Virus record (IMG/VR): IMGVR_UViG_3300043747_000006
Location: 1 to 63,430 of that record
Strand: one strand, 5' to 3'
DNA from: a virus
Lineage: Duplodnaviria > Caudoviricetes
Length of the DNA: 63,430 nucleotides
In this document: positions 26,167 to 34,465 of the stretch, one piece after another
How the letters are laid out: each line of letters opens with the position of its first letter
Numbering within the stretch: the stretch's first letter is position 1
The notes under the pieces: model-generated
The model's database searches: none
Seen by the model: the letters and a program-made list of their open reading frames with translations, nothing else
What the model was told of the DNA's origin: nothing
Translations under genes and position numbers: made by a program

Positions 26167-27714
26167 ATGAGTCGTCCTAGCGATCTTGATGTTTATTTAT
26201 ATTTACGTAAGAGTCGAAAAGACCTCGAAGAAGAAAAGAAAGCGAGCGAGCACGGAGAGACTTACGATACCTTGGAGCGCCACCGGCGGACCTTGCTTTC
26301 CGTCGCAAAAAAGGAGCGCCACAACATCGTCAATATATATGAAGAAGTCGTATCGGGCGAATCCGTTGCCGAGCGTCCGCGCATTCAAGAGATGCTGCGC
26401 GATATTGATGCCGGTCTTGTTGACGCTGTCCTCGTTATGGACCTCGACCGTCTTGGCCGCGGCGACATGCTCGACCAAGGTATGCTTGACCGCTCCTTTC
26501 GCTACTCTGGAACGAAAATTATCACGCCAACTGAAATATATGATCCGGAATCCGAAACGTGGGAACTGGTTTTCGGTATCAAGTCGCTAGTGGCCCGCGA
26601 AGAACTAAAGGCGATTACACGACGTATGCAACGAGGACGAGTCGCATCAGCCAGCGAAGGCAAATCGATTAGTAAGGTCCCACCGTATGGGTATAAACGT
26701 ACCGATGATTTAATATTGAAGCCGGATACTGAAACCGCATGGGTTGTTAAAAAAATGTTCGAAATGATGCGAGACGGTCATGGGCGCCAGTTCATTGCGC
26801 AAGAGTTAGACCGACTAGAAATTAAGCCGCCGAATCCAAAACGTAAAACTTGGTCGCCGAGCAGCATTACCGCAATAATTAAAAACGAAGCTTATATCGG
26901 AAATATCGTTTGGGGCCAGATAAAATATAAAAAACGGAATGGAAAGTATAAGAAGACGAAAGTTCCCCGCGAAAAGTGGACGATAAAAGAGAACGCCCAC
27001 GATCCGCTAGTATCCCGTGAATTATTCGAAGCCGCCAATAAAGCACATTCCGGACGATGGCGCCCGTCCACCGTTATTAATAAGAAGTTAGCGAATCCTC
27101 TTGCCGGCATTTTGAAGTGCGAAGTGTGCAATTATACTATGATGTACCAACCGCGCACTGACCGCCCGAATGACGTAATAAGGTGCGCTCAGCCGTCATG
27201 TAAAGGCGTGCAAAAAGGAGCCGCGCTAAATCTTGTTGAGCGAAAGGTTATTGAATTGATAGAAGAGTATGCGCTTGATATTGCCGTAACATTAACGCAG
27301 CAGGCTCCGACTTCTAACGAGGACATTCCGTATAAGAAAATACTTGTCGCAAATAAAGAGGAAGAAATGGCGCAATTGGAATCGCAGAAGAGTAACTTGC
27401 ACGATCTACTAGAGCGAGGCGTTTACGATATAGATACGTTTCTTGAACGCCAGCAAAATTTGACCGCTCGTATTGACGGACTGAAGGAGGAAGTTCGGAT
27501 ATTAAACAACGAAATCCAAAAAGACGAAGCAAGGGAAGCCGGAGCTAACGTATTGCTTCCGAGGCTTCAGATGGTTATTGCCGAATACTGGAACGCCGAT
27601 ATCGAGATGCGCAATAAGATGCTTAAGACCATTTTGGAGAAAGCAACATACCTCCGCAAAAAAGAATGGACGAAGCCGGACGAATTCGTCATACAACTTT
27701 ATCCAAAAATATAG
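26167..27714 (+). CDS. Large serine recombinase (integrase)
   Basis: YLRKS catalytic motif, DLDRLGR, PPYGY, zinc ribbon CEVC...C...C, coiled coil. Confidence 0.96.
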   Translation: MSRPSDLDVYLYLRKSRKDLEEEKKASEHGETYDTLERHRRTLLSVAKKERHNIVNIYEEVVSGESVAERPRIQEMLRDIDAGLVDAVLVMDLDRLGRGDMLDQGMLDRSFRYSGTKIITPTEIYDPESETWELVFGIKSLVAREELKAITRRMQRGRVASASEGKSISKVPPYGYKRTDDLILKPDTETAWVVKKMFEMMRDGHGRQFIAQELDRLEIKPPNPKRKTWSPSSITAIIKNEAYIGNIVWGQIKYKKRNGKYKKTKVPREKWTIKENAHDPLVSRELFEAANKAHSGRWRPSTVINKKLANPLAGILKCEVCNYTMMYQPRTDRPNDVIRCAQPSCKGVQKGAALNLVERKVIELIEEYALDIAVTLTQQAPTSNEDIPYKKILVANKEEEMAQLESQKSNLHDLLERGVYDIDTFLERQQNLTARIDGLKEEVRILNNEIQKDEAREAGANVLLPRLQMVIAEYWNADIEMRNKMLKTILEKATYLRKKEWTKPDEFVIQLYPKI

Positions 27715-27736
27715 AAGGCTAAGCGCCTTCTTTTTC
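27713..27736 (+). terminator. Integrase terminator
   Basis: AGAAGGC-TAAGC-GCCTTCT followed by a T run. Confidence 0.75.
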
Positions 27737-27865
27737 TTTGCGGAAAAACGTCATTAATGCATTGATGATATCCGCCTTTTCCTTTAATATATAGTAGCGA
27801 AACCGCTCGTTATCGATGTTTCCTAGCCCGCTAAAGAGTGTAGAGGGTCTACGGTTGTATTGATT
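27719..27865 (-). other. Start-less replacement 3' end (48 codons) of a host yhbH-like (DUF444) sporulation gene
   Basis: Translates [48 protein letters not shown], resembling the YhbH C-terminus as recalled. Confidence 0.75.
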
Positions 27866-27885
27866 TAACTGCTAACCTTATACCC
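27845..27885. other. attP site
   Basis: Imperfect inverted repeat GGGTCTACGGTT-N17-AACCTTATACCC (10/12) centred where the yhbH-like frame begins, next to the integrase. Confidence 0.75.
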
Positions 27886-30238
27886 GTAATTCTGCACTAA
27901 CTGGCGCCGGCAACCGCGTAATAAAGCGCCCATAACCGTCCTTACACTTAATTAAATTCATCGAATGGTAACGAGGCAGTCTGAGTAAATCTTCTTCAAC
28001 AAACGGATGCAATTCGCTTTTCAGTTCCTTATAATTCTCTTTGTCGCAACCGCTAATCAGCATATAGCTCGCGTTAGCCGACCGCAGTTCCTCGCGAATG
28101 TGCTTAATTTGATTTAAATAATGGCAGCTAATTATCGGCTTCATTCCGAATTTGGCCATGCGCGAAAGCCTCTGCCGCAATAATTGCTCCGTATTCTCCA
28201 CTTGGTAAAGTTCGTCGATAATAAGGTTTACTTTGCGTTGTTTATTGCGAACAGGTATTAATTCACTTCGGACCTGAAGCGCCAGGTAAATCTTCGTCAT
28301 CCAGTACGTCGTGTAAATGTCGCGCTCATTGTCCGTTGAGAACATCGTTTCGGGCATCTTTATGCAGATAAGTTGATTGCGTTGGAGCTCCTCGACCAAG
28401 TTAACGTTTTTCGACGTATCTTTCTTCAGCATCATTTCGATATACGGATTATCCTTCAGTTTATTTAAACGGCTGATAATACCTTCGACTAGGTGCAGTT
28501 TTGTGCCACGTAAATTGCCGTCCTTATCGTGCTCGTCGAGCTCTTGCATATAGCCCATGTACTCCTCCATATTTTCGTATTGATCGGCCGGCACCTTCCG
28601 CAGATAATTAATCCGTAGCATATGTTGCTGAAGGACGCCGAAAACGTCTCGGATGGGCCCGCCGCTTAAGAATACGACTAGCGCCGCGCTTGTTAAATAG
28701 CGATTCATCCGCGAAGATAATGCAGTATCATCCGAGTTAATCGAGTTGACCAATGTCGTAAGTTGTGTCGTTTGCTTTTTGGCGCTCACATAACGAGTAA
28801 AGGTATCGTCGCTTGGCGGAATCTCGTTATAGCCGAGCCCTTGTAACGTTTCGAAATCGTGGCATTCGATATTCAGCACTTGGTCAGGCGGAAACAATGC
28901 CGCCACCTCTTCGCTCAGCTCGCAGTTTTTAATGTAATCGAACATCACCACGCATTCGCCGACCTTGATAGCGTCGCGGCTTAGGTTGCCGATAAGCGTC
29001 GATTTGCCCGCCCGAGTTGGCCCGATTAATACTAGCGTCAATTGCTTGTATTCTTTATCCGTCGACAAGAACGCCGGCTGCTTGGCGCCTCTATACGTGC
29101 TCTCTCCGATACACATCGTTCCGGCCCGCAGATCCTCCGGAACTTCCGTCTCCTGCGTCTCCACCTTTTCGATAAAGTTGTAGCGTTCGAGAATGTCCCG
29201 CCCGGCAATCGCAATAAAGTTCTGCGCCTCTAAGTCGCCTATTTTATTAACTTCCGCACCAGCCACCGAATAATCCGTAAACTTGAACGGCTTCTTTAAA
29301 GGCTTCGGAGCCAGCCGATTGTCCTCCGTGACCACCTCGAAACTTTGCGTCAAGCTCCGAGCATTATTCCGCTGCCGCAGCCGGTCCTTGCTTTCGCTCA
29401 TCACGATAATTTGCGTATTGGAGATGGAGGCGGCCGCCTTTTTTCGCGTGGCATCGCTTATTTTATTGCCTCCGTTTAAGCGCTCCACAAGCGCCTCTAA
29501 GCCGTTGTATTCGTTCCCCTTCCGCTTACCTTCCGAGCCGTTAAAGGCGTCTCCTAGGTCGTCAAATAACGCCGAAATCACGCCTATAATCGTTTTAAAT
29601 GCGTAGGATGCTCCGAACTTGTTTCGGTCAGTCGGCAGGCCACGTTTAACCTTGCGAATAGTGGCTTCGTAGCTCGCTCGCCAGCTAAATTGCGAGGTCG
29701 GCATGAAGTTATAAAATACGCCAATCTTGTCGCCTTCCTCCATGACGTCAACCACGTTTAGTTTCGAGCGCAAGAGGTCATCGTTACGGCGATCAGTCGC
29801 CAGGCCTAGCGCATCCTCTTTCGTATAGGCTAACGTATACATAGTTGCTGACTCGCTGAATTCCGGAAGCGAGGCGACCTCCTTAACGGTGATATTCGTC
29901 CACGAGTCCGAAATCTTTTCCTTGATAAGCGACAGGTAATTGCGCGGGATGATGAAGTAAAACTCGACCTTTTTCTTTTCGATGTAGACGTAATAGGCGA
30001 CCTTGGAGGCGAGCTCGACGGAGTATTTAGTGCCGAAGAGGAATTCGCGCCCGAGCGCCTTTATAACTTTTGCGTTTTCCTTTCGGATGTTCTGCGTGAC
30101 GTTGCGATAAATGGAAGCGATGGATTTGGCGATTTTATGCGTGGATTGGTTGCGGATAGAGTTGTTAGGAGTTAATCGAAGGAATACATATGACGGTTTG
30201 ACAACGTTGATATAGTCGGAAAGCTTAATGCGTTTCAT
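27878..30238 (-). CDS. VirD4/TraD/HerA-FtsK-superfamily ATPase (coupling-protein-like)
   Basis: Walker A GPTRAGKST, Walker B LIIDELYQ, LSRMAKFG..PIISCHYLNQI motif. Confidence 0.75.
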   Translation of the reverse strand: MKRIKLSDYINVVKPSYVFLRLTPNNSIRNQSTHKIAKSIASIYRNVTQNIRKENAKVIKALGREFLFGTKYSVELASKVAYYVYIEKKKVEFYFIIPRNYLSLIKEKISDSWTNITVKEVASLPEFSESATMYTLAYTKEDALGLATDRRNDDLLRSKLNVVDVMEEGDKIGVFYNFMPTSQFSWRASYEATIRKVKRGLPTDRNKFGASYAFKTIIGVISALFDDLGDAFNGSEGKRKGNEYNGLEALVERLNGGNKISDATRKKAAASISNTQIIVMSESKDRLRQRNNARSLTQSFEVVTEDNRLAPKPLKKPFKFTDYSVAGAEVNKIGDLEAQNFIAIAGRDILERYNFIEKVETQETEVPEDLRAGTMCIGESTYRGAKQPAFLSTDKEYKQLTLVLIGPTRAGKSTLIGNLSRDAIKVGECVVMFDYIKNCELSEEVAALFPPDQVLNIECHDFETLQGLGYNEIPPSDDTFTRYVSAKKQTTQLTTLVNSINSDDTALSSRMNRYLTSAALVVFLSGGPIRDVFGVLQQHMLRINYLRKVPADQYENMEEYMGYMQELDEHDKDGNLRGTKLHLVEGIISRLNKLKDNPYIEMMLKKDTSKNVNLVEELQRNQLICIKMPETMFSTDNERDIYTTYWMTKIYLALQVRSELIPVRNKQRKVNLIIDELYQVENTEQLLRQRLSRMAKFGMKPIISCHYLNQIKHIREELRSANASYMLISGCDKENYKELKSELHPFVEEDLLRLPRYHSMNLIKCKDGYGRFITRLPAPVSAELRV

Positions 30239-30239
30239 C

Positions 30240-30881
30240 TTAATACACCCCGAACAAGAATTTGATTAAAATATTCGCGACGAGTAGCACGCCGGTCCAG
30301 CGACCGCCATCTTTCCATCCGGCCACCTTCAGAATTATCATGACGGCCGACCCGATTAGCGTCCCCGCGAGCAATAAGTCCTTTAATGCATCGCAGATTC
30401 CGAGCAATATTTCGAGCATCATTTCGGAAGCCTTGTCGCGTGTATTATCGGCGCTCCATTGAATAACGTGGCCCAACAGCCCGAGATTTGGGTTGTCGCC
30501 GCTAATATTCGCCAATTTATCGGCATACGGCGTCGGGTCAATCACGGAGCCGCTCGCGTCCTTCATTCCGAAATGCAGATGCGGGCCGGTGCTGTTGCCG
30601 GTGTTTCCGCTGAATCCGAGAAACTCGCCGGCGTGTATTTTGTCGCCGATGTGCGATTTGACCTCGCTCATATGGCCGTATATGGTACGTGTGCCGTCCG
30701 GCATTTGAACGCTTAATCCCTTACCTATTGCGCCGGATCCGTCATATACCCGGTCTACTACTCCGTCAACTACCGAGCGAAGTTTAGTGCCTTCGGGCAT
30801 GGCGAAATCGATGCCGGAATGTGGCTTGAAGTCGCGGACTGGCGAGAGTTCTCCGAATTTACCTGTTAAGCGAAATTTCAT
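30240..30881 (-). CDS. M23/LytM metallopeptidase with C-terminal TM helices
   Basis: HSGIDF, YGHM, GNTGNSTGPHLHF; hydrophobic C-terminus. Confidence 0.9.
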   Translation of the reverse strand: MKFRLTGKFGELSPVRDFKPHSGIDFAMPEGTKLRSVVDGVVDRVYDGSGAIGKGLSVQMPDGTRTIYGHMSEVKSHIGDKIHAGEFLGFSGNTGNSTGPHLHFGMKDASGSVIDPTPYADKLANISGDNPNLGLLGHVIQWSADNTRDKASEMMLEILLGICDALKDLLLAGTLIGSAVMIILKVAGWKDGGRWTGVLLVANILIKFLFGVY

Positions 30882-31306
30882 TACAATCCCTCCGCAGATC
30901 CTGACGTTGGTGTTGTGATTCCGTTAAACAAAGCGTCGACTTGGTCCATCGCCCATGGCAATCCGAGCAAGAAAATATAGACGATTAGATATGAAAGGAA
31001 TCCTTTTTTAGCTCCGTCAAAGTCTCCGTCTGTCATACGCTTAATCGTGTCAAATCCGCCTTTGAAAATAATTACCCATTTACCGAGACTTAGTAATTTC
31101 GCGTATAGTTTCTGAGCTCCGACGTCGATTCCGGTACTTGCGAAAGCATAATCGAGGCCACCGCCCGCTACTAAAATAACCGATGTAGCTCCGACAACTT
31201 TGTAAACTAATCCGTACTTCTTAAAATGGCGCTCAACTTTTGCGCTAAACGGCTCCTTCTCTTTTCCGTGCAAAAATTCGTTAATGGACATACTTTCCGT
31301 CCTCAT
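30881..31306 (-). CDS. VirB2/TrbC pilin-like membrane protein
   Basis: Hydrophobic segment ending AFA, then two TM helices (KWVIIFKGG; YLIVYIFLLGLPW). Confidence 0.55.
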   Translation of the reverse strand: MRTESMSINEFLHGKEKEPFSAKVERHFKKYGLVYKVVGATSVILVAGGGLDYAFASTGIDVGAQKLYAKLLSLGKWVIIFKGGFDTIKRMTDGDFDGAKKGFLSYLIVYIFLLGLPWAMDQVDALFNGITTPTSGSAEGL

Positions 31307-31424
31307 ATTGGTCAGCTCCCGTCAAACTTTATTTCGGTTAATAACCGGATGGACTTGCAATATTCCGCTGATCGGCTCATAAGCTGACGTAAAGGCGCGT
31401 CGGCTACATGGCCCATTTCCGTGC

Positions 31425-31649
31425 TTATAACTTTAGACCGCTTAATTGCGTCATGCTTAGGTTAGTAACCGCCTGAGCTGGCGCCTTTTTTATTGTTCTG
31501 ACGGCGTTTCCTCCTTCCATGTCGCGTTGGATAAGCCGTTTCATATACGCCGAGAAGTTCGGATACTGCTCGACATGCTCCTTCATCTGCTTCTGAAACG
31601 GGTCGATCACGTTAAAACTAACGGACTTATTAACGATTTTCTTCGCCAT
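31425..31649 (-). CDS. Ribbon-helix-helix regulator
   Basis: KSVSFN...NFSAYMKRLIQRDM. Confidence 0.7.
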   Translation of the reverse strand: MAKKIVNKSVSFNVIDPFQKQMKEHVEQYPNFSAYMKRLIQRDMEGGNAVRTIKKAPAQAVTNLSMTQLSGLKL

Positions 31650-31676
31650 TATTAACTACCTCCTAACTGGTTAATA

Positions 31677-31707
31677 TACTGTATGGGCGACTGGCCGTCC
31701 GTGATAC
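31677..31707 (-). promoter_or_regulatory. SigmaE/sigmaK-like sporulation promoter
   Basis: GTATC-N17-CATACAGTA upstream of the RHH gene RBS. Confidence 0.5.
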
Positions 31708-31772
31708 CAGTTTTTTGCATAAGATTAAAAAATTGATTTTTTGGACAGACTTATTGCCGAGGTGGTAGCGCA

Positions 31773-32003
31773 ATGAGTTGGTTTGGACTCGGCAAAAGAC
31801 GCAGTAAATTCGGAAGATGGATCGATAGCAAAGGAATCACGCAAGAGGAAATTCGCAAAAGAGCCGATGTAGGCAACGGAACGATGACGTCCATGTGTAA
31901 TGACGAAGATTATGTGCCGAAGATTTCGACGTGGGTAAAGGTTAAACGAGCGTTGAAGTCGATGGGTTACGACGTAGATAGCGATAAATTTTTCGATACG
32001 TAA
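31773..32003 (+). CDS. Xre-family HTH protein
   Basis: GLGKRRSKFGRWID..GITQEEI...TMTSMCND. Confidence 0.8.
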   Translation: MSWFGLGKRRSKFGRWIDSKGITQEEIRKRADVGNGTMTSMCNDEDYVPKISTWVKVKRALKSMGYDVDSDKFFDT

Positions 32004-32036
32004 ACAAAAAGAAGGCCCCGTTCGCAATGAACAGGG

Positions 32037-32462
32037 CTATATTAATGCGGATATTTCGCGATATGATTTTTCGTTGCAGCGAATATGAAGCGTAACTTCT
32101 TCGTTTGTTTTCGGATTGATAAGATAAACATAAGCCTTCGAATTATCGCGTCTGCGTCCGCCAATGGCTGCGCCGGCAATGGTTCCGAGTGGGCCTGCCG
32201 CAAGAGTTCCGATGATGGCGCCGCCTGCCGCCTTGCCTGCGCTACGAGTTGCGCCTTCTTCCCATTCGATGCCGTCGAGGCGCCATTGGTCCTTCGATAA
32301 GAACGGAATGTTAATCGTTACGACTCCGCGTGTCTCTTCCGCAATCATGATCGCCTTACGGATGCCAGCCGGCATAAGTTTCCCCGTTAAATTTAAATCG
32401 TTGCCGCCGGATAAAATATCGAGTTCAATTCGTTGCTTAAACGCATCTTTCCAAAATCCCAT
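32037..32462 (-). CDS. Glycine-zipper-containing moron protein
   Basis: AAGGAIIGTLAAGPLGTIAGAAIGG; own promoter TTTACA-N17-TAAAAT at 32494-32522. Confidence 0.75.
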   Translation of the reverse strand: MGFWKDAFKQRIELDILSGGNDLNLTGKLMPAGIRKAIMIAEETRGVVTINIPFLSKDQWRLDGIEWEEGATRSAGKAAGGAIIGTLAAGPLGTIAGAAIGGRRRDNSKAYVYLINPKTNEEVTLHIRCNEKSYREISALI

Positions 32463-32567
32463 CGTAATCTCCTCCGTACTCTTTTTATAGTAAATTTTAC
32501 CTTATACTACGTTATATGTAAAGACGGACGTAAATATTCGTCGCCCGTCGTAAATAATTTCGTTTAT

Positions 32568-32777
32568 TTATCCGTTTAATTTCGCTTTCTGCTCCGCGCC
32601 TTTTTTCCCGAAGAAGTTGTGCCTCACGAAGCCCCAAACCGCAGCCGCTCCGGTAATTACTAGCGACACAGTTACGTCATCAACATGCGGAATCTTTTCG
32701 TAACCTTTCGATGCCAAAAACGTATTAACAAAACCTAGCGCGAGCACGACTGCCCTTACAACTGTTCCTTTATCCAT
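32568..32777 (-). CDS. SPP1-family holin
   Basis: MDKGTVVRAVVL...W...HNFF.KKG..QK. Confidence 0.85.
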   Translation of the reverse strand: MDKGTVVRAVVLALGFVNTFLASKGYEKIPHVDDVTVSLVITGAAAVWGFVRHNFFGKKGAEQKAKLNG

Positions 32778-32783
32778 TTTCCG

Positions 32784-33563
32784 TCATCCTTTCTTTACTT
32801 TCACATATTTCGCGCTGCCCGTAATATATAGGCCGCTCTTTAACTTATACATTTTTGCGCCTGCAACCGTTAGCTCGCGTTGAATCGTAAACACATCGCC
32901 TTTATTAACGATTGGACCGGTCTTGTCGTTCCAATTCGGCGACGGGTACGTATGCAAGGAATCGACTAGCACCTCGAGTAGTTGGCGATCTACCGCCTCT
33001 TTTACCGCAGGCTTCGGAGGATTAACGACGGCATCAACACGCTTCTTAAAGTCCTCAAATTTAGATGGGTCGCTCACCCAAGGCGCCGGGCAGTTTTTGC
33101 CGGTAATATCGTGATGGCGATAGATGTCCGCTTTCGGGTCGAGCTTGAATTGCTTGCATAAGTCCGCCACCACTTGGACGGTTCTATCGATTGTTTCCGC
33201 GTGAATTGTTGAGTCCTGTTCTACGCACATCTCAACGCCGATGCTCGTTAGGTTTGCGCCTCCGTTAGTATAATACCAAGTAGATGCCGCGAGCTTTGCG
33301 ATTCTGCACGGATGCTCATTCGCGTGATAGGCGACCTCATTTAGCGGAATGTCTAATGTCGCAGAATCGCGATCAACGAATAGGTGCGCTGATGCATAGC
33401 GACTGCCGCCTCCGTCTGCTCCGTCGAAAAATTGAACTTCCCTATCGTCTGATGCTCCCGGTGTTGCTGTCCAATGCATTACGATTCCTTTGACTCCGAT
33501 TAACTTACTCCCTGGGCGTGAAAACTGGTTAACTTGCAGATAATTCGTTTTCCAAGTCGCCAT
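32784..33563 (-). CDS. Endolysin, N-acetylmuramoyl-L-alanine amidase (Amidase_2)
   Basis: IVMHWT, SAHLFVD, AYHA, SIGVEMC, HHDITGKNCP. Confidence 0.93.
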   Translation of the reverse strand: MATWKTNYLQVNQFSRPGSKLIGVKGIVMHWTATPGASDDREVQFFDGADGGGSRYASAHLFVDRDSATLDIPLNEVAYHANEHPCRIAKLAASTWYYTNGGANLTSIGVEMCVEQDSTIHAETIDRTVQVVADLCKQFKLDPKADIYRHHDITGKNCPAPWVSDPSKFEDFKKRVDAVVNPPKPAVKEAVDRQLLEVLVDSLHTYPSPNWNDKTGPIVNKGDVFTIQRELTVAGAKMYKLKSGLYITGSAKYVKVKKG

Positions 33564-33666
33564 TACTTTTCGCTTCCTTTCTCCGTTTTAATGTTGTACA
33601 ATCTATATTAAGGTCGGCGCCGCAACTTTGAACGTAGCCAACGCAGGGCTGCGGTTGCCGACTGAC

Positions 33667-33921
33667 TTAACCGAAAACCGCTACGCCTACCGTTGCTAAA
33701 ATACCAAGTACGGCGATCATCGTACCCCAAACCCATTTCGAATTAGCCTTCATGTCGCGAATATCCTCGCGATTCTCTTCCGCAAGTGCCAGCGCTTTGT
33801 CCGCTTTTGCGTCCGCTTCTTCAGCGGTATGTTTGACGTCGTTTAGGTAGTCAACCTTCGTGTCAATTCGCACAAGCCATTCGCGCAGTTCCGCAATATC
33901 CCTACTGATTGGTTCCGACAT
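33667..33921 (-). CDS. XhlA-family holin/hemolysin
   Basis: Coiled coil, KWVW, C-terminal TM. Confidence 0.8.
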   Translation of the reverse strand: MSEPISRDIAELREWLVRIDTKVDYLNDVKHTAEEADAKADKALALAEENREDIRDMKANSKWVWGTMIAVLGILATVGVAVFG

Positions 33922-33937
33922 TGTTGCGCCTCCTTCC

Positions 33938-34075
33938 TTATTCGACGATTAAGTCTTGCTTTCCATCCGCAACTAGGATTGCGTCAATGTCCGACTTGAA
34001 TTGCGGATACTTTGCCACCACCGCTGAATAATCCAATTTTCCCGCTTCAATTCTCATCGCTAAATAAGCCGCCAC
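33938..34075 (-). CDS. Small tail-associated protein (XkdX-like position, 45 aa)
   Basis: MAAYLAMRIEAGKLDYSAVVAKYPQFKSDIDAIL... Confidence 0.65.
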   Translation of the reverse strand: MAAYLAMRIEAGKLDYSAVVAKYPQFKSDIDAILVADGKQDLIVE

Positions 34076-34076
34076 C

Positions 34077-34454
34077 CTACATTCCTCCCATTGCTAAAAA
34101 ATCGATTGCTTCCTGCGCCGATTCAAGTTGCGACTTTAATTCGCTCATTTGCTCCGTCAAAGGCTTCTGAAATTCCGGAGGAGCAGTCGGCTGATTCGGA
34201 TCCGGATACGAAAACTCAATCGCCTTTGTTGCCGGATTCACCCGATAACCGTTGCATTGTGCGAAATCTTGCGTATATGCTCCGAATGCTAATTCGATAT
34301 AAGCGAATGTCGAACGGTTGCGGTCGGACAGTGCCTTAAAGGCTGCGATGTCTTGATCGATAGTGGTCGCGATGACTGCGCCAGAACGTTCGCCAGTGTC
34401 TAAGATAACGTTACCTGATACGATTTCATAAAAAACTTTTTTTCCAATTTTCAT
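34077..34454 (-). CDS. Tail fibre assembly-like protein (XkdW-like position)
   Basis: MKIGKKVFYE..GNVI.DTGE..G; follows the fibre gene. Confidence 0.65.
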   Translation of the reverse strand: MKIGKKVFYEIVSGNVILDTGERSGAVIATTIDQDIAAFKALSDRNRSTFAYIELAFGAYTQDFAQCNGYRVNPATKAIEFSYPDPNQPTAPPEFQKPLTEQMSELKSQLESAQEAIDFLAMGGM

Positions 34455-34465
34455 TTTACCCCTCC

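Noticed and set aside
27740-27775. Palindrome GCGGA...TCATTAATGCATTGATGA...TCCGC as attP
   Set aside because: It lies inside the yhbH-like replacement frame; the 27845-27885 repeat coincides with the homology boundary and fits better
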